A stretch of DNA of 64,000 nucleotides from Candidatus Ozemobacteraceae bacterium. GTDB taxonomy: Bacteria; Muiribacteriota; Ozemobacteria; Ozemobacterales; Ozemobacteraceae. The notes beneath the pieces are model-generated. The model saw only the letters and a list, made by a program, of their open reading frames with translations, was not told where the DNA came from and made no database searches. Below, one piece after another: positions 39,574 through 48,585 of this stretch (position 1 is the stretch's first letter; each line of letters starts with the position of its first letter). The DNA is taken from assembly GCA_965140445.1 (NCBI GenBank), contig OZ223236.1:2176001-2240000 (forward strand), written 5' to 3'. Both the position numbers and the translations under genes were made by a program.

Positions 39574-40386
39574 ATGAAACAACTATTTAGAAAACTTTTC
39601 CAGGTATCTTTTATTGCTCTATTAGCTTCTGTCTCTGTAACAGCGAGTGCGCAGTTAATCAAGGCAAAGAACGAGTGGGGGAAAATCTTTCGCGTTCACC
39701 ACGCAACCGGAACCTTTGTTCTTCACGATTTAAATGCTGATACCTACAAGGCTTACAACTTGGATAGAGCCATTAAGCCATTTATCCCTGCTTCCACTTT
39801 TAAAATTGCCAATTCCCTGATAGCACTGGAATTGGGAGTGGTAAAAGATGAATTTGAAGAGTTCGAATGGGATGGAAAAACCAGAGAAATCAAATCCTGG
39901 AACAAAAACCATAACCTTAGAACCGCAATGAAATACTCTGTTGTGCCCATCTATCAGATAATAGCTAGAGAAATTGGCCCAGAGCGCATGAAAAAAGCAT
40001 TGGAAAACCTGAACTACGGCAATACTGATATTAGCGGCGGAATCGACCTTTTCTGGCTAAATGGGGGATTGCGAATCTCAGCCTTTGAACAGATTAAATT
40101 TTTGCGCCGGCTTTATAAAAATTCGCTACCCGTCTCCGAAAGAGCCCAACGAATCGTAAAAAAAATCATGCTCACCGAAGCCAAAAACGGCTACATAATA
40201 AGGGCTAAAACCGGATATGCAGCTAGAATAGAAGAAGAGGTCGGCTGGTGGGTAGGCTGGGTAGAAACTGACGACAACTGCTTCTTTTTTGCCCTGAACA
40301 TGAAAATGGACAGCCCAAAACAAATGAAAGACAGAATCACCATCGCCCGGGAAATACTGCAGTCAGAGGGGATTTTAACTGACTGA
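39574..40386 (+). CDS. blaOXA: Class D beta-lactamase (OXA family, OXA-48-like sequence)
   Basis: Signal peptide; PASTFK, YSVV, YGN, FWL.G, KTG and GWWVGW motifs. Confidence 0.95.
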   Translation: MKQLFRKLFQVSFIALLASVSVTASAQLIKAKNEWGKIFRVHHATGTFVLHDLNADTYKAYNLDRAIKPFIPASTFKIANSLIALELGVVKDEFEEFEWDGKTREIKSWNKNHNLRTAMKYSVVPIYQIIAREIGPERMKKALENLNYGNTDISGGIDLFWLNGGLRISAFEQIKFLRRLYKNSLPVSERAQRIVKKIMLTEAKNGYIIRAKTGYAARIEEEVGWWVGWVETDDNCFFFALNMKMDSPKQMKDRITIAREILQSEGILTD

Positions 40387-40407
40387 TTTTATAAAAAATC
40401 TACCCTC

Positions 40408-40839
40408 TTATTCATAATCCAGATAGTCAGATTTATATGGATACTTTGCCATTGCTGTTTTATGCGGATTGAACCCAACATTTTTGTAAAAGTTTTCGTT
40501 CCCAAATGTCGAAGTCAGATGCAGGCAAAGATGGTCATTCCCTTCAATTAGCCTTGTTATCAACCCGTTCCCAATTCCTTTTTTTTGATATTTTGGTAAA
40601 ACACCCAAATCGAATATCATTCCATAGCAAATCCCATCCGAAACCATTCTCCCAGCCCCAACTAATCTATCTCCCTCCCAGACAGTAACTACCTTAAAGC
40701 TATTCAAAAAGGCCGCCTTAATTTTATCTATTTCTCTTTTCTTGCCCAGCCCTCTGATCAACCCTATTTCTTCATAAAGATCTGTAAGCTGTTCCCAATC
40801 AATTTTGTCAACGCCAATATGGTATTTCAATTCTTCCAT
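40408..40839 (-). CDS. GNAT N-acetyltransferase
   Basis: LVGAGRMVSDG, DLGVLPKYQKKGIG, FYKNVGF. Confidence 0.9.
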   Translation of the reverse strand: MEELKYHIGVDKIDWEQLTDLYEEIGLIRGLGKKREIDKIKAAFLNSFKVVTVWEGDRLVGAGRMVSDGICYGMIFDLGVLPKYQKKGIGNGLITRLIEGNDHLCLHLTSTFGNENFYKNVGFNPHKTAMAKYPYKSDYLDYE

Positions 40840-41191
40840 GTCATCCTCCATCAATCACTAACAGAATATCGCCAGGCAAGAATTCCTTAGGATCATCAAG
40901 ATAACTATTTTCCATAAATTATACTAATTCCGTATAACCACCAAAATAAACAAATAATGATTCACAGTATCCAAAATTTGGAGTTTTTTTCTCATTAAGC
41001 AATTTGCTGGTTAGTTTTTTTGGTAAATATCATTACAATGTAGAATCAAGAAAAAAACAATTGTTAGAATTACTTAAGAAAAGAATAATCTAATGATGTC
41101 ATTTCAATGCTCCTTTGCTTAAATATAGCTTAAGTCACTTTAAACAAACAATATTGGGCCGAAATATTTTTAGAGGAAAAGAACTATTAAA

Positions 41192-42997
41192 ATGTACTTG
41201 TCAAATATAAAACTTTGGAACTTTAGAAAATTTGGTGAAGAGGGGGAAATAAATCCTGCAAAACCTCATTTAGATATAAATCTTACCAAAGGCCTAAATT
41301 TAATTATTGGCGAAAATGATTCTGGAAAAAGCGCAATTGTTGATGCCATAAAATTAGTATTGAAAACACACAGTTACGATTTCATAAGAGTTGATGAAAA
41401 AGATTTTCACAAGAAATCAAACCGTTTCCGTATAGAATTGACTTTTAATGGTTTAACGCCGGACGAAGCAAAAAATTTTACTGAATGGTTAAGTTGGCAA
41501 GGCTCTGGCGAAAAAGCAAAACCATTTTTAAAGCTCAATTTCGATGTACAGCGTAAAGCTAATAAAATATTACCATCCGATGTTAAAGCGGGTGTTGATG
41601 AAGATGGGTATTTACTTACAGCAGAAGCAAAAGAATATCTAAAAACAACTTATTTAAAGCCCTTACGTGATGCAGAAAAAGAATTAGTTGCTAAGCGAAA
41701 TTCACGTTTATCGCAAATCCTTTTGGGTGATGAAGCTTTTAAGGGAAAAGAAGATGATAATGAATTGCTAGATATTTTTTCGGGACTTAAAACCAATTTA
41801 GAAAGTTTTTTTAACGAACTTGATGAAGATGGTCAGCCCAAAGTGGGTAAACAGATAAAAGACAAAATTGACGGCTACATAAAGAGCTTCTATGGCAATG
41901 ATTGTATTTCTGAATTTGGGGCAACACCATCCGATACCAAAAGCATTCTTGAAAAATTAACCTTGTCGTTAAAAGGAGAGGCAAACCCTGGATTGGGAAC
42001 ATTGAATCGCTTGTTTATGGCTGCTGAATTGCTTCATTTAAACAAATCAAATTGGAGTGGTTTGCGTTTGGGTTTAGTGGAAGAATTGGAAGCACATTTG
42101 CATCCACAGGCACAAATGCAAGTAATTGAAGCATTTCAAAAGCAAGAGGCTATACAATTAATTCTTACAACTCATAGTCCAAATTTAGCTTCCAAGCTCA
42201 AATTAGAAAACCTAATTATTTGCAACAATGGAAGTGCTTTTCCAATGGGCGACACTTATACCAAGTTGGAAAAAGACGATTACAAGTTTTTAGAAAAGTT
42301 TTTGGACACCACAAAAGCCAATTTATTTTTTGCCAAAGGCGTTATTTTAGTTGAGGGCTGGGCAGAAGAAATTCTTTTGCCAAGTATTGCAAAAGCAATA
42401 GGCATAAACTTAACCGAGAAAGGCGTTTCCATTGTAAATATTGGACATACAGGTTTTGATCATTACGCAAATATTTATTTGCGACAGGCAGAGCCCAATA
42501 TGAAAATTCCTGTGGCTGTAATTACAGATTCTGACGTTAGAGAATATGAAAAACAGATAAAACTAGATGTTGAAGGGAAACCAATAAAAAAAGCCAATGG
42601 AAAAAATGAGTATGATTTCATAAAAAAAGATGTTCAACAAGAAGCAAAAGAGGCAATAGCCAAAATCGAAGCTAAGTCAAAAAGTAATGTAAAATATTTC
42701 CCAGCACTTTGTTGGACGTTAGAATATTCACTTTTTAAATCACCAAGTTTAACAACACTGTTTAAAAATGCAGCAAAAACAATTCACACTGGAACTGATT
42801 GGGAAACTAATTTTGAAAAATCACTTGCCGAAAAATTAATTAATAAAGGATTGAAAAAAACGGAAATTGCTTATCACGTTGCAAACTCTATTGATGAAGA
42901 TTTAAGGAAAGGTGTTTGCTCAATTTCAATTTCAGAAGATTGTGCTGATCCTGTTAATTACCTTGTAAAAGCAATTAAATATGCCACAGATAATTGA
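41192..42997 (+). CDS. gajA: OLD-family ATP-dependent nuclease (ABC ATPase + TOPRIM), Gabija GajA
   Basis: GENDSGKS Walker A, EELEAHLHP, TTHSP, TOPRIM VEGWAE and DSD; paired with a UvrD helicase. Confidence 0.88.
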   Translation: MYLSNIKLWNFRKFGEEGEINPAKPHLDINLTKGLNLIIGENDSGKSAIVDAIKLVLKTHSYDFIRVDEKDFHKKSNRFRIELTFNGLTPDEAKNFTEWLSWQGSGEKAKPFLKLNFDVQRKANKILPSDVKAGVDEDGYLLTAEAKEYLKTTYLKPLRDAEKELVAKRNSRLSQILLGDEAFKGKEDDNELLDIFSGLKTNLESFFNELDEDGQPKVGKQIKDKIDGYIKSFYGNDCISEFGATPSDTKSILEKLTLSLKGEANPGLGTLNRLFMAAELLHLNKSNWSGLRLGLVEELEAHLHPQAQMQVIEAFQKQEAIQLILTTHSPNLASKLKLENLIICNNGSAFPMGDTYTKLEKDDYKFLEKFLDTTKANLFFAKGVILVEGWAEEILLPSIAKAIGINLTEKGVSIVNIGHTGFDHYANIYLRQAEPNMKIPVAVITDSDVREYEKQIKLDVEGKPIKKANGKNEYDFIKKDVQQEAKEAIAKIEAKSKSNVKYFPALCWTLEYSLFKSPSLTTLFKNAAKTIHTGTDWETNFEKSLAEKLINKGLKKTEIAYHVANSIDEDLRKGVCSISISEDCADPVNYLVKAIKYATDN

Positions 42998-45017
42998 CAT
43001 ACAAGATGAAGAAATCAAATATGCTGCAGAGTTGCTTTTACCAGCGGGCAAAGGTTTTGACGAGGAGCGGAAAGCGTTTATTGGCAACTTCAACACTATA
43101 GATTTACAAGCCGTTCCCGGAAGTGGAAAAACAACAGCTTTGTTGGCAAAATTGGTTGTTTTGGAGCGGAACCTTCCTTTTGTTGGCGGTTCGGGCATTT
43201 TGGTATTGTCGCATACTAACGCAGCCATTAACGAGATAAAAGAAAAAATACAAAAGCATTGCCCAAAACTTTTTTCTTATCCCAATTTCATTGGTACCAT
43301 TCAAAGCTTTGTTAATGAATTTTTGGCTAAGCCTCTATATGCTTTAGATTTTAAGATGAAACTTAATTGGATCGATACAGATAGATATCAAGAAGAGTTA
43401 ATTAGGCTTTTTAGAAAAATAGCTTGGGATAGGGAATATGATCAACCAGCAAAATGGTTTTATCAAAGAAACATAAGAAGAGCTACTGCCGCTGCTGCAA
43501 ATGGCGATAATTGTTTGAGAAATAAAATCTGCAATAAGCTTATTGAAGACGAAGTTCGCTTTCTTTATTTTGATTTTATAACTAATGAAATTAAGAATAA
43601 CAGTGGCGATGTTCTCTTGAAAGATGTCAATAACAAAAAATATAAGGGGTTAAAATCAATAATCCTTGAAACTCTTAAAAATGGCATTATTTCTTTTGAT
43701 TATGCCTATCACTTTGGTGAATGCTACCTTCACAAAATTCCAAATATAAAAAAAATATTACAGAAACGCTTTAAATATGTTTTTGTTGATGAAATGCAGG
43801 ATATGGACACGCATCAATACAATTTGTTAGAAAAGATTTTTTATGATGCGGGAAATAGTATTTCAGTAATTCAAAGAATTGGTGACCAAAATCAAGCAAT
43901 TTATAATTCTGTAAAAGCGGCTGATGTTTGGCTAGCTAGAGGAGAAGTCTTAAGGCTAAACGGAAGTCAGCGATTGAGTAAACCAATTGCCAATGTAGTG
44001 GAAAAATTTGCCCTATACAGTGATGCAACCTTTAATATTGTTGGACGAAATGAGTGTGAAATTAAACCTCATATTTTAGTTTTTGAGAATGGAACAATTG
44101 GAAATATCATTCCTTGTTTTGCTCAAATTGTAAGAGAAAAAAAATTAGGCAATTCTGAAAGACCGATCAAAGTTATTTGTTGGAACACGGATTGGAAAAA
44201 CGATGAAGCAAGTAGAAATGATCCAACAAAACTGCGTTTAGAGGATTATTATAAAGGTTTCAAAAAAGAAATGGGAAAACCAAAACAGGATTACGAAAAC
44301 TTGAAAAGCTATTTGCTATACTATGAGAAAAAGCAAACCTTAGGGCCTTTACGAAAAAATATTTTGAACGCTTTCCTAAAAATTTTGTGTTTGGAAAACA
44401 TCAATACAACAGCCGGTAGGCCTTACACAAAGAAAAAACTAATTGGCTTTATTTTAGACACGGCCATTCAAAAATATGACGAATTGAATTTGAACCTTTA
44501 CAATTGGTCAATTGGAATAATTCAAGATAAGACAGATGAAGTTTGGAACAGCATAAAAGGATACATCCCTAATTTGCTTGCAATGTTTGGCAAAACCATT
44601 GCCGCAAGTTCAGATTTCATCAATACTGGCAAGGCTGAAATTCCTGTCGAAAATGCGGGTTTTGTTACATCTACAAACCTTTTCAAGGAGGATGATGTTG
44701 AAATTGAAATTACAAGTATTCATGCGGTAAAAGGGCAAACGCACTGCGCAACTTTGTATTTAGAATCATATTTTCATAAAGACGGTCGCGGAGCAAATGT
44801 GAAATCTTACGAATCACAGCGATTAAAAGACCAATTTTTAGGAATACAAATTCAATCATCAAAAGTTGGTGAAAGAGTTAAGCAATCTACTAAAATGGCG
44901 TATGTTGGTTTTTCGCGACCAACCAATCTCCTTTGCGTTGCTGTGCATAAAGATAGATTTGATACTCTTTTAAGTGGGATAAATAGAAATGATTGGGAAA
45001 TTATTGAAGTAACATAA
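42981..45017 (+). CDS. gajB: UvrD-like helicase, Gabija GajB
   Basis: AVPGSGKT, LSHTN, VDEMQD, GDQNQAIY, HAVKGQTH, YVGFSR; 17-bp overlap with gajA. Confidence 0.88.
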   Translation: MPQIIDIQDEEIKYAAELLLPAGKGFDEERKAFIGNFNTIDLQAVPGSGKTTALLAKLVVLERNLPFVGGSGILVLSHTNAAINEIKEKIQKHCPKLFSYPNFIGTIQSFVNEFLAKPLYALDFKMKLNWIDTDRYQEELIRLFRKIAWDREYDQPAKWFYQRNIRRATAAAANGDNCLRNKICNKLIEDEVRFLYFDFITNEIKNNSGDVLLKDVNNKKYKGLKSIILETLKNGIISFDYAYHFGECYLHKIPNIKKILQKRFKYVFVDEMQDMDTHQYNLLEKIFYDAGNSISVIQRIGDQNQAIYNSVKAADVWLARGEVLRLNGSQRLSKPIANVVEKFALYSDATFNIVGRNECEIKPHILVFENGTIGNIIPCFAQIVREKKLGNSERPIKVICWNTDWKNDEASRNDPTKLRLEDYYKGFKKEMGKPKQDYENLKSYLLYYEKKQTLGPLRKNILNAFLKILCLENINTTAGRPYTKKKLIGFILDTAIQKYDELNLNLYNWSIGIIQDKTDEVWNSIKGYIPNLLAMFGKTIAASSDFINTGKAEIPVENAGFVTSTNLFKEDDVEIEITSIHAVKGQTHCATLYLESYFHKDGRGANVKSYESQRLKDQFLGIQIQSSKVGERVKQSTKMAYVGFSRPTNLLCVAVHKDRFDTLLSGINRNDWEIIEVT

Positions 45018-45077
45018 AAATGAGGCCATATTTTGGGTGAAATTAAAAATGGTAAAAATTAAATTAAAGTAGCGTAA

Positions 45078-45178
45078 TTCTAACAAATGCCTCGACGCTG
45101 AATATAGCCGATGTTAAAGGGGCTTGCTAAGCAAGCCCGCTCCATCTTGGCCATTTTCGGTCACGACATACGTTAGAA
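45078..45178 (+). mobile_element. Integron-type attC recombination site
   Basis: R'' TTCTAAC (45078-45084) is perfectly complementary to R' GTTAGAA (45172-45178). Spacers are 5 and 6 nt, the L arms are imperfect with bulged bases, and there is a central gggcttgc-taa-gcaagccc hairpin. Length 101 bp. Confidence 0.7.
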
Positions 45179-45252
45179 CTTAAAATTTGAAAATTATTCA
45201 TACCTAATTGCTGATCCATAGCTATTAGGTTTACTTTACTTGGGAGATAAAA

Positions 45253-46185
45253 ATGTTACATGATATTCCTAGCTATGAGGACTTTATTAAATCAGGAAAA
45301 GGGCAATTTGATTTTGCTTGGGATGTTGCAATAAGCTATTTAAAGCTTGTCGATGAAGCGAATACTTCTGGTTGGCTTGATGGGGATGATCCAGAAGACA
45401 GTGAGAAAGAAGAAGAATTTTGGGAAGCAGCAAAGCAGAGACTGCAAAATGCCTTAGCCATTTTGCAACAAGGGGTTGAGTTTATTCTTAAAGGTTATAT
45501 TGCTAAAATAAGCCCTTATATACTAATAGCTGGAGCTCCAGCTGAATGGCCTAAGCAAAAAGGAAAGAAGGCTATTTCTTTTTCAGATCTTAAAACTATT
45601 GATTCTCAGGATTTAATAAAAACTTATAATCTTTTTTCTCCAACTTCACTTCCAGTTGATTTTGTCACCAAATTTAACCATTTGAGAATGCTTAGAAATC
45701 GTTCTGTTCATTCAATTGATAAAGAATTGAAGGTGTCGGCAATAGAAGTTATAACTAACGTCTTGGAAATGCATAAATTTTTACTTCCTAATGAAAACTG
45801 GGTAGTTACTAGAACTAATTTTCTAGAAGATTCCCCAACTTCTTTGCTTTTTTATTCCTATGAAGCAGTTCCGGCACAAGTCTCATGGGAGTTTTTTATT
45901 GTTTTTTCTTTATTAACTTCTTCGGAAGTAAAGAAATTTTTTAAAATAGAAAAAAAACAACGGAATTATATCTGTCCTGAATGTAAATTGAATAGTGGGG
46001 ATTATGCATCAATAGAGCCCAAATATGCCGTTTTGATTCCAAACACGCCAAAATCCAATCAAATTTATTGTTTTGTTTGTCAAAAAAAACACAAGGTTAT
46101 TAGAGAAAGGTGTTGTGAAATTGGATGCAAAGGAAATGTAATTGATGAATATGGGTATTGCTGTTCCTGCGGTGTTTCCCAATGA
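45253..46185 (+). CDS. Uncharacterised HEPN-like protein with Cys-rich C-terminal Zn ribbons
   Basis: LQQGVEFILK helix and RNRSVH (RxxxxH) motif; C-terminal CPEC, CFVC, CCEIGC, CCSC. Confidence 0.7.
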   Translation: MLHDIPSYEDFIKSGKGQFDFAWDVAISYLKLVDEANTSGWLDGDDPEDSEKEEEFWEAAKQRLQNALAILQQGVEFILKGYIAKISPYILIAGAPAEWPKQKGKKAISFSDLKTIDSQDLIKTYNLFSPTSLPVDFVTKFNHLRMLRNRSVHSIDKELKVSAIEVITNVLEMHKFLLPNENWVVTRTNFLEDSPTSLLFYSYEAVPAQVSWEFFIVFSLLTSSEVKKFFKIEKKQRNYICPECKLNSGDYASIEPKYAVLIPNTPKSNQIYCFVCQKKHKVIRERCCEIGCKGNVIDEYGYCCSCGVSQ

Positions 46186-46198
46186 ATATTTTCAATGA

Positions 46199-46394
46199 CT
46201 CGTCGCAGGCAATCCAGGAGATGTAAAACCTGTTGGTGAGGGAGTGTCTGAATTGAAAATTGATTACAGCCCAGGCTATCGAGTTTATTTTAAAAAAACA
46301 AGGACAGGAATTAATCATTCTATTGGCTGTTGGAGATAAAAGCTCTCAGGCAAAGGATATAAAATTGCCTTTGGGTCTTGCACGAAATCTTTAG
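46199..46394 (+). pseudogene. 5'-truncated, frameshifted RelE/ParE-type addiction-module toxin (HI1419-like)
   Basis: Hand translation: LVAGNPGDVKPVGEGVSELKIDYSPGYRVYFKK, a frameshift in the A7 run near 46292-46298, then QGQELIILLAVGDKSSQAKDIK...ARNL*. No N-terminal part or start codon. Confidence 0.85.
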
Positions 46395-46403
46395 GAGATT
46401 AGT

Positions 46404-46721
46404 ATGAAAAAAACTACTACAACCAGATACGATGTTGCCGAACATCTTCGAAATCCAGAAGAAATGGCAGCATATCTTGAGGCATGCCTGGAAGAAGCTG
46501 ATGGTGACGCTGCATTTATTGCAAAGGCATTGGGTGATATCGCACGGGCAAAAGGAATGACACAAGTTGCCCGCGATGCTGGACTTTCTCGAGAAAGTTT
46601 ATATAAAGCGCTTTCAGGGGATAGAAAACCTGGATTTGATACCATCTTGAAAATAATTAAGGCTCTAGGCCTTAAACTTCATGCTGAAGCTTGTTTAACT
46701 CAGACACCTTTGAAAAAGTAG
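46404..46721 (+). CDS. Addiction-module antidote protein (HI1420-like HTH antitoxin)
   Basis: YDVAEHL...AAYLEA...ALGDIARAKGMTQVARDAGLSRESLYKALS...PGFDTILK. Confidence 0.92.
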   Translation: MKKTTTTRYDVAEHLRNPEEMAAYLEACLEEADGDAAFIAKALGDIARAKGMTQVARDAGLSRESLYKALSGDRKPGFDTILKIIKALGLKLHAEACLTQTPLKK

Positions 46722-46789
46722 AACTTGGGATTGAAGTAAAAGAAATTGGAAATTGGAGTAATGTTTGGTAGTAATGTTATCATTCAAGA

Positions 46790-47536
46790 ATGCTCTATCT
46801 AATTGAAAGGATCCGTATGAAAAAAATCCTGGCAGCTTTAATTGGCTTATTTCTTTTTTCTATAATGATTTACCAAATGTTTGTAACAAGACCAATTATA
46901 GTTGGGAAGGCTCCTAACATAACCAAGCGAGCTTTTATACTTATGCACGGATATGGAGCTGCTGAGGATGATTTGAAAAGAATTGCCGAGTTTATCCTCA
47001 ATTTGGACCCGAGATGGACATTTGTTCTCGTTCCGGGGCCGTATAGAGTTGGTGTTTCCGGACGCAGCTATTACAGTGTTAGAAGCGGCAAAACAAAAGA
47101 GGATTTCCTGAAGAAGTATGCCGAAGAAAGAGCTAAAACTCGCGCGATTGTTGACGATTGCGTAAAAGACCTCATCAAAAAAGGGGTAACAACGGAAAAG
47201 CTGGTCATCGGTGGATTCTCTGAAGGGGGAATAGTAGCTACGGACTATGTTTTAAATGCCCCTGAAAGGCATATACCTTCCGGTTTTGTTTTTCTTTCTG
47301 GAAAGGTTGAATACCTGGAATTGGAAAAATTAAAAAATCGCGACAAACCGATCAATGCGTTTGTTAGTCATGGGGAAAACGACGAAATGGTAAGCATTCA
47401 TGAGTCAAAAACTTTAATAAAAGCGCTCTCAAGCAATAAGAAGAACAAAATTACTAAAGTTTTCTTTAATGGCCCTCACCAGATTTCAAAAAAAACAGCT
47501 GAAGAGTTAGGCAAGTATCTTCTTGCTATTCCATGA
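46790..47536 (+). CDS. Alpha/beta hydrolase, phospholipase/carboxylesterase family, N-terminally anchored
   Basis: MHGYG, GFSEG nucleophile elbow, HGEND, GPHQI. Confidence 0.85.
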   Translation: MLYLIERIRMKKILAALIGLFLFSIMIYQMFVTRPIIVGKAPNITKRAFILMHGYGAAEDDLKRIAEFILNLDPRWTFVLVPGPYRVGVSGRSYYSVRSGKTKEDFLKKYAEERAKTRAIVDDCVKDLIKKGVTTEKLVIGGFSEGGIVATDYVLNAPERHIPSGFVFLSGKVEYLELEKLKNRDKPINAFVSHGENDEMVSIHESKTLIKALSSNKKNKITKVFFNGPHQISKKTAEELGKYLLAIP

Positions 47537-47621
47537 TTTTAGCTTGTAGATGCCTGTGAGGCAACGATAGTTACCAGACACCAATATTTTACAAACAGTA
47601 ATGGGTTTGCTCCAGGCTTTA

Positions 47622-48176
47622 CTATTTCTGACTTATTGAGTTAACAAAATCATTAAGCTGTTTTTTTGATCTTATGTGAACGAAGGTCTGTTCGTTTGCT
47701 TTCTTTTCTTTCAGGGATAATATTTTGGGTCTGACCTTGCCTTTGAAATTCCAGATTATTTTTATGGTTTGGGGGATTATTTTATATTCGGGGCATTCTG
47801 GGGGCAGCTCAGGCCTTTGGGAGAAAAGATGGCGGAGGGTTCTTTTGGTGTATCTCAAATAAGAAGTTCGTCGACTAAAATCTAGAAATATAACCGTTTC
47901 AGCTTTTTCCTGAATAAATAAAGAGACTCCTTCGACAATCCAGCTGGGAGAGCTTGTTATGTTCTCTTCCAATTCTGCGCGCAGAGGTTGCTCTGTTTTT
48001 TGCCAGTTTGGTTTCCAGACTATTTTATCCAGACCAAAGACTTCTGTCTCAAGGATTTCTCCCAGCTTTTTTGCTAAAGTTGATTTTCCGGAGCCTGCAT
48101 TTCCGGTAACAAAGATTCGATATGGTTTGTTAATTTTCAGACTTTTTCCAGAGGCGTTGTGGTAGTCATTATCCAT
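47622..48176 (-). CDS. P-loop kinase, FlaR/topology-modulation-protein-like
   Basis: IFVTGNAGSGKST, LDKIVWKPNW, WIVEG, VIFLD, RPELPPECPE. Confidence 0.82.
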   Translation of the reverse strand: MDNDYHNASGKSLKINKPYRIFVTGNAGSGKSTLAKKLGEILETEVFGLDKIVWKPNWQKTEQPLRAELEENITSSPSWIVEGVSLFIQEKAETVIFLDFSRRTSYLRYTKRTLRHLFSQRPELPPECPEYKIIPQTIKIIWNFKGKVRPKILSLKEKKANEQTFVHIRSKKQLNDFVNSISQK

Positions 48177-48405
48177 AAAGCCCTATCCAGGCAGCTAAGC
48201 CACCGCAGAGGATCGTCCAAAAGGCGGTAAATGATACTTCCATCCAGAATTTTTTGGGATTAGCTTTGCGCAGACAAGTTCTGGCATATTGGCCATGCCC
48301 AGATAGCGTTTTTCCCCGATAAATATCCCGGATGGTTATGTAGGCAAAAATCGCGCAGCCAGTTGTTAAGACGGTGAGGATTTTCTTTTTTAATTCGAGT
48401 TCCAT
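48169..48405 (-). CDS. Small two-TM hypothetical protein
   Basis: Two hydrophobic segments around R..NPKKFW; overlaps the next gene start by 8 bp. Confidence 0.6.
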   Translation of the reverse strand: MELELKKKILTVLTTGCAIFAYITIRDIYRGKTLSGHGQYARTCLRKANPKKFWMEVSFTAFWTILCGGLAAWIGLYG

Positions 48406-48585
48406 ATTTTTCTTTTATCACATTCAGGATGATTTAAGATACAACTTCAGCTCGCCACAGGCAAACAGGTTTGAAATTAATTTTTGTAATTCTTTTATTG
48501 AAAGGTTTTATATTGAATACGTGGAAAAAAAATCTGGATTGTCGTATTTTAAAACATCTACGAAACAAACCCACTGAGAGAATTT

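Noticed and set aside
48439..48547. Complete minus-strand attC between ATACGAC and GTTGTAT
   Set aside because: The outer boxes nearly pair but the inner arms show no complementarity; kept only as a possible half-site.
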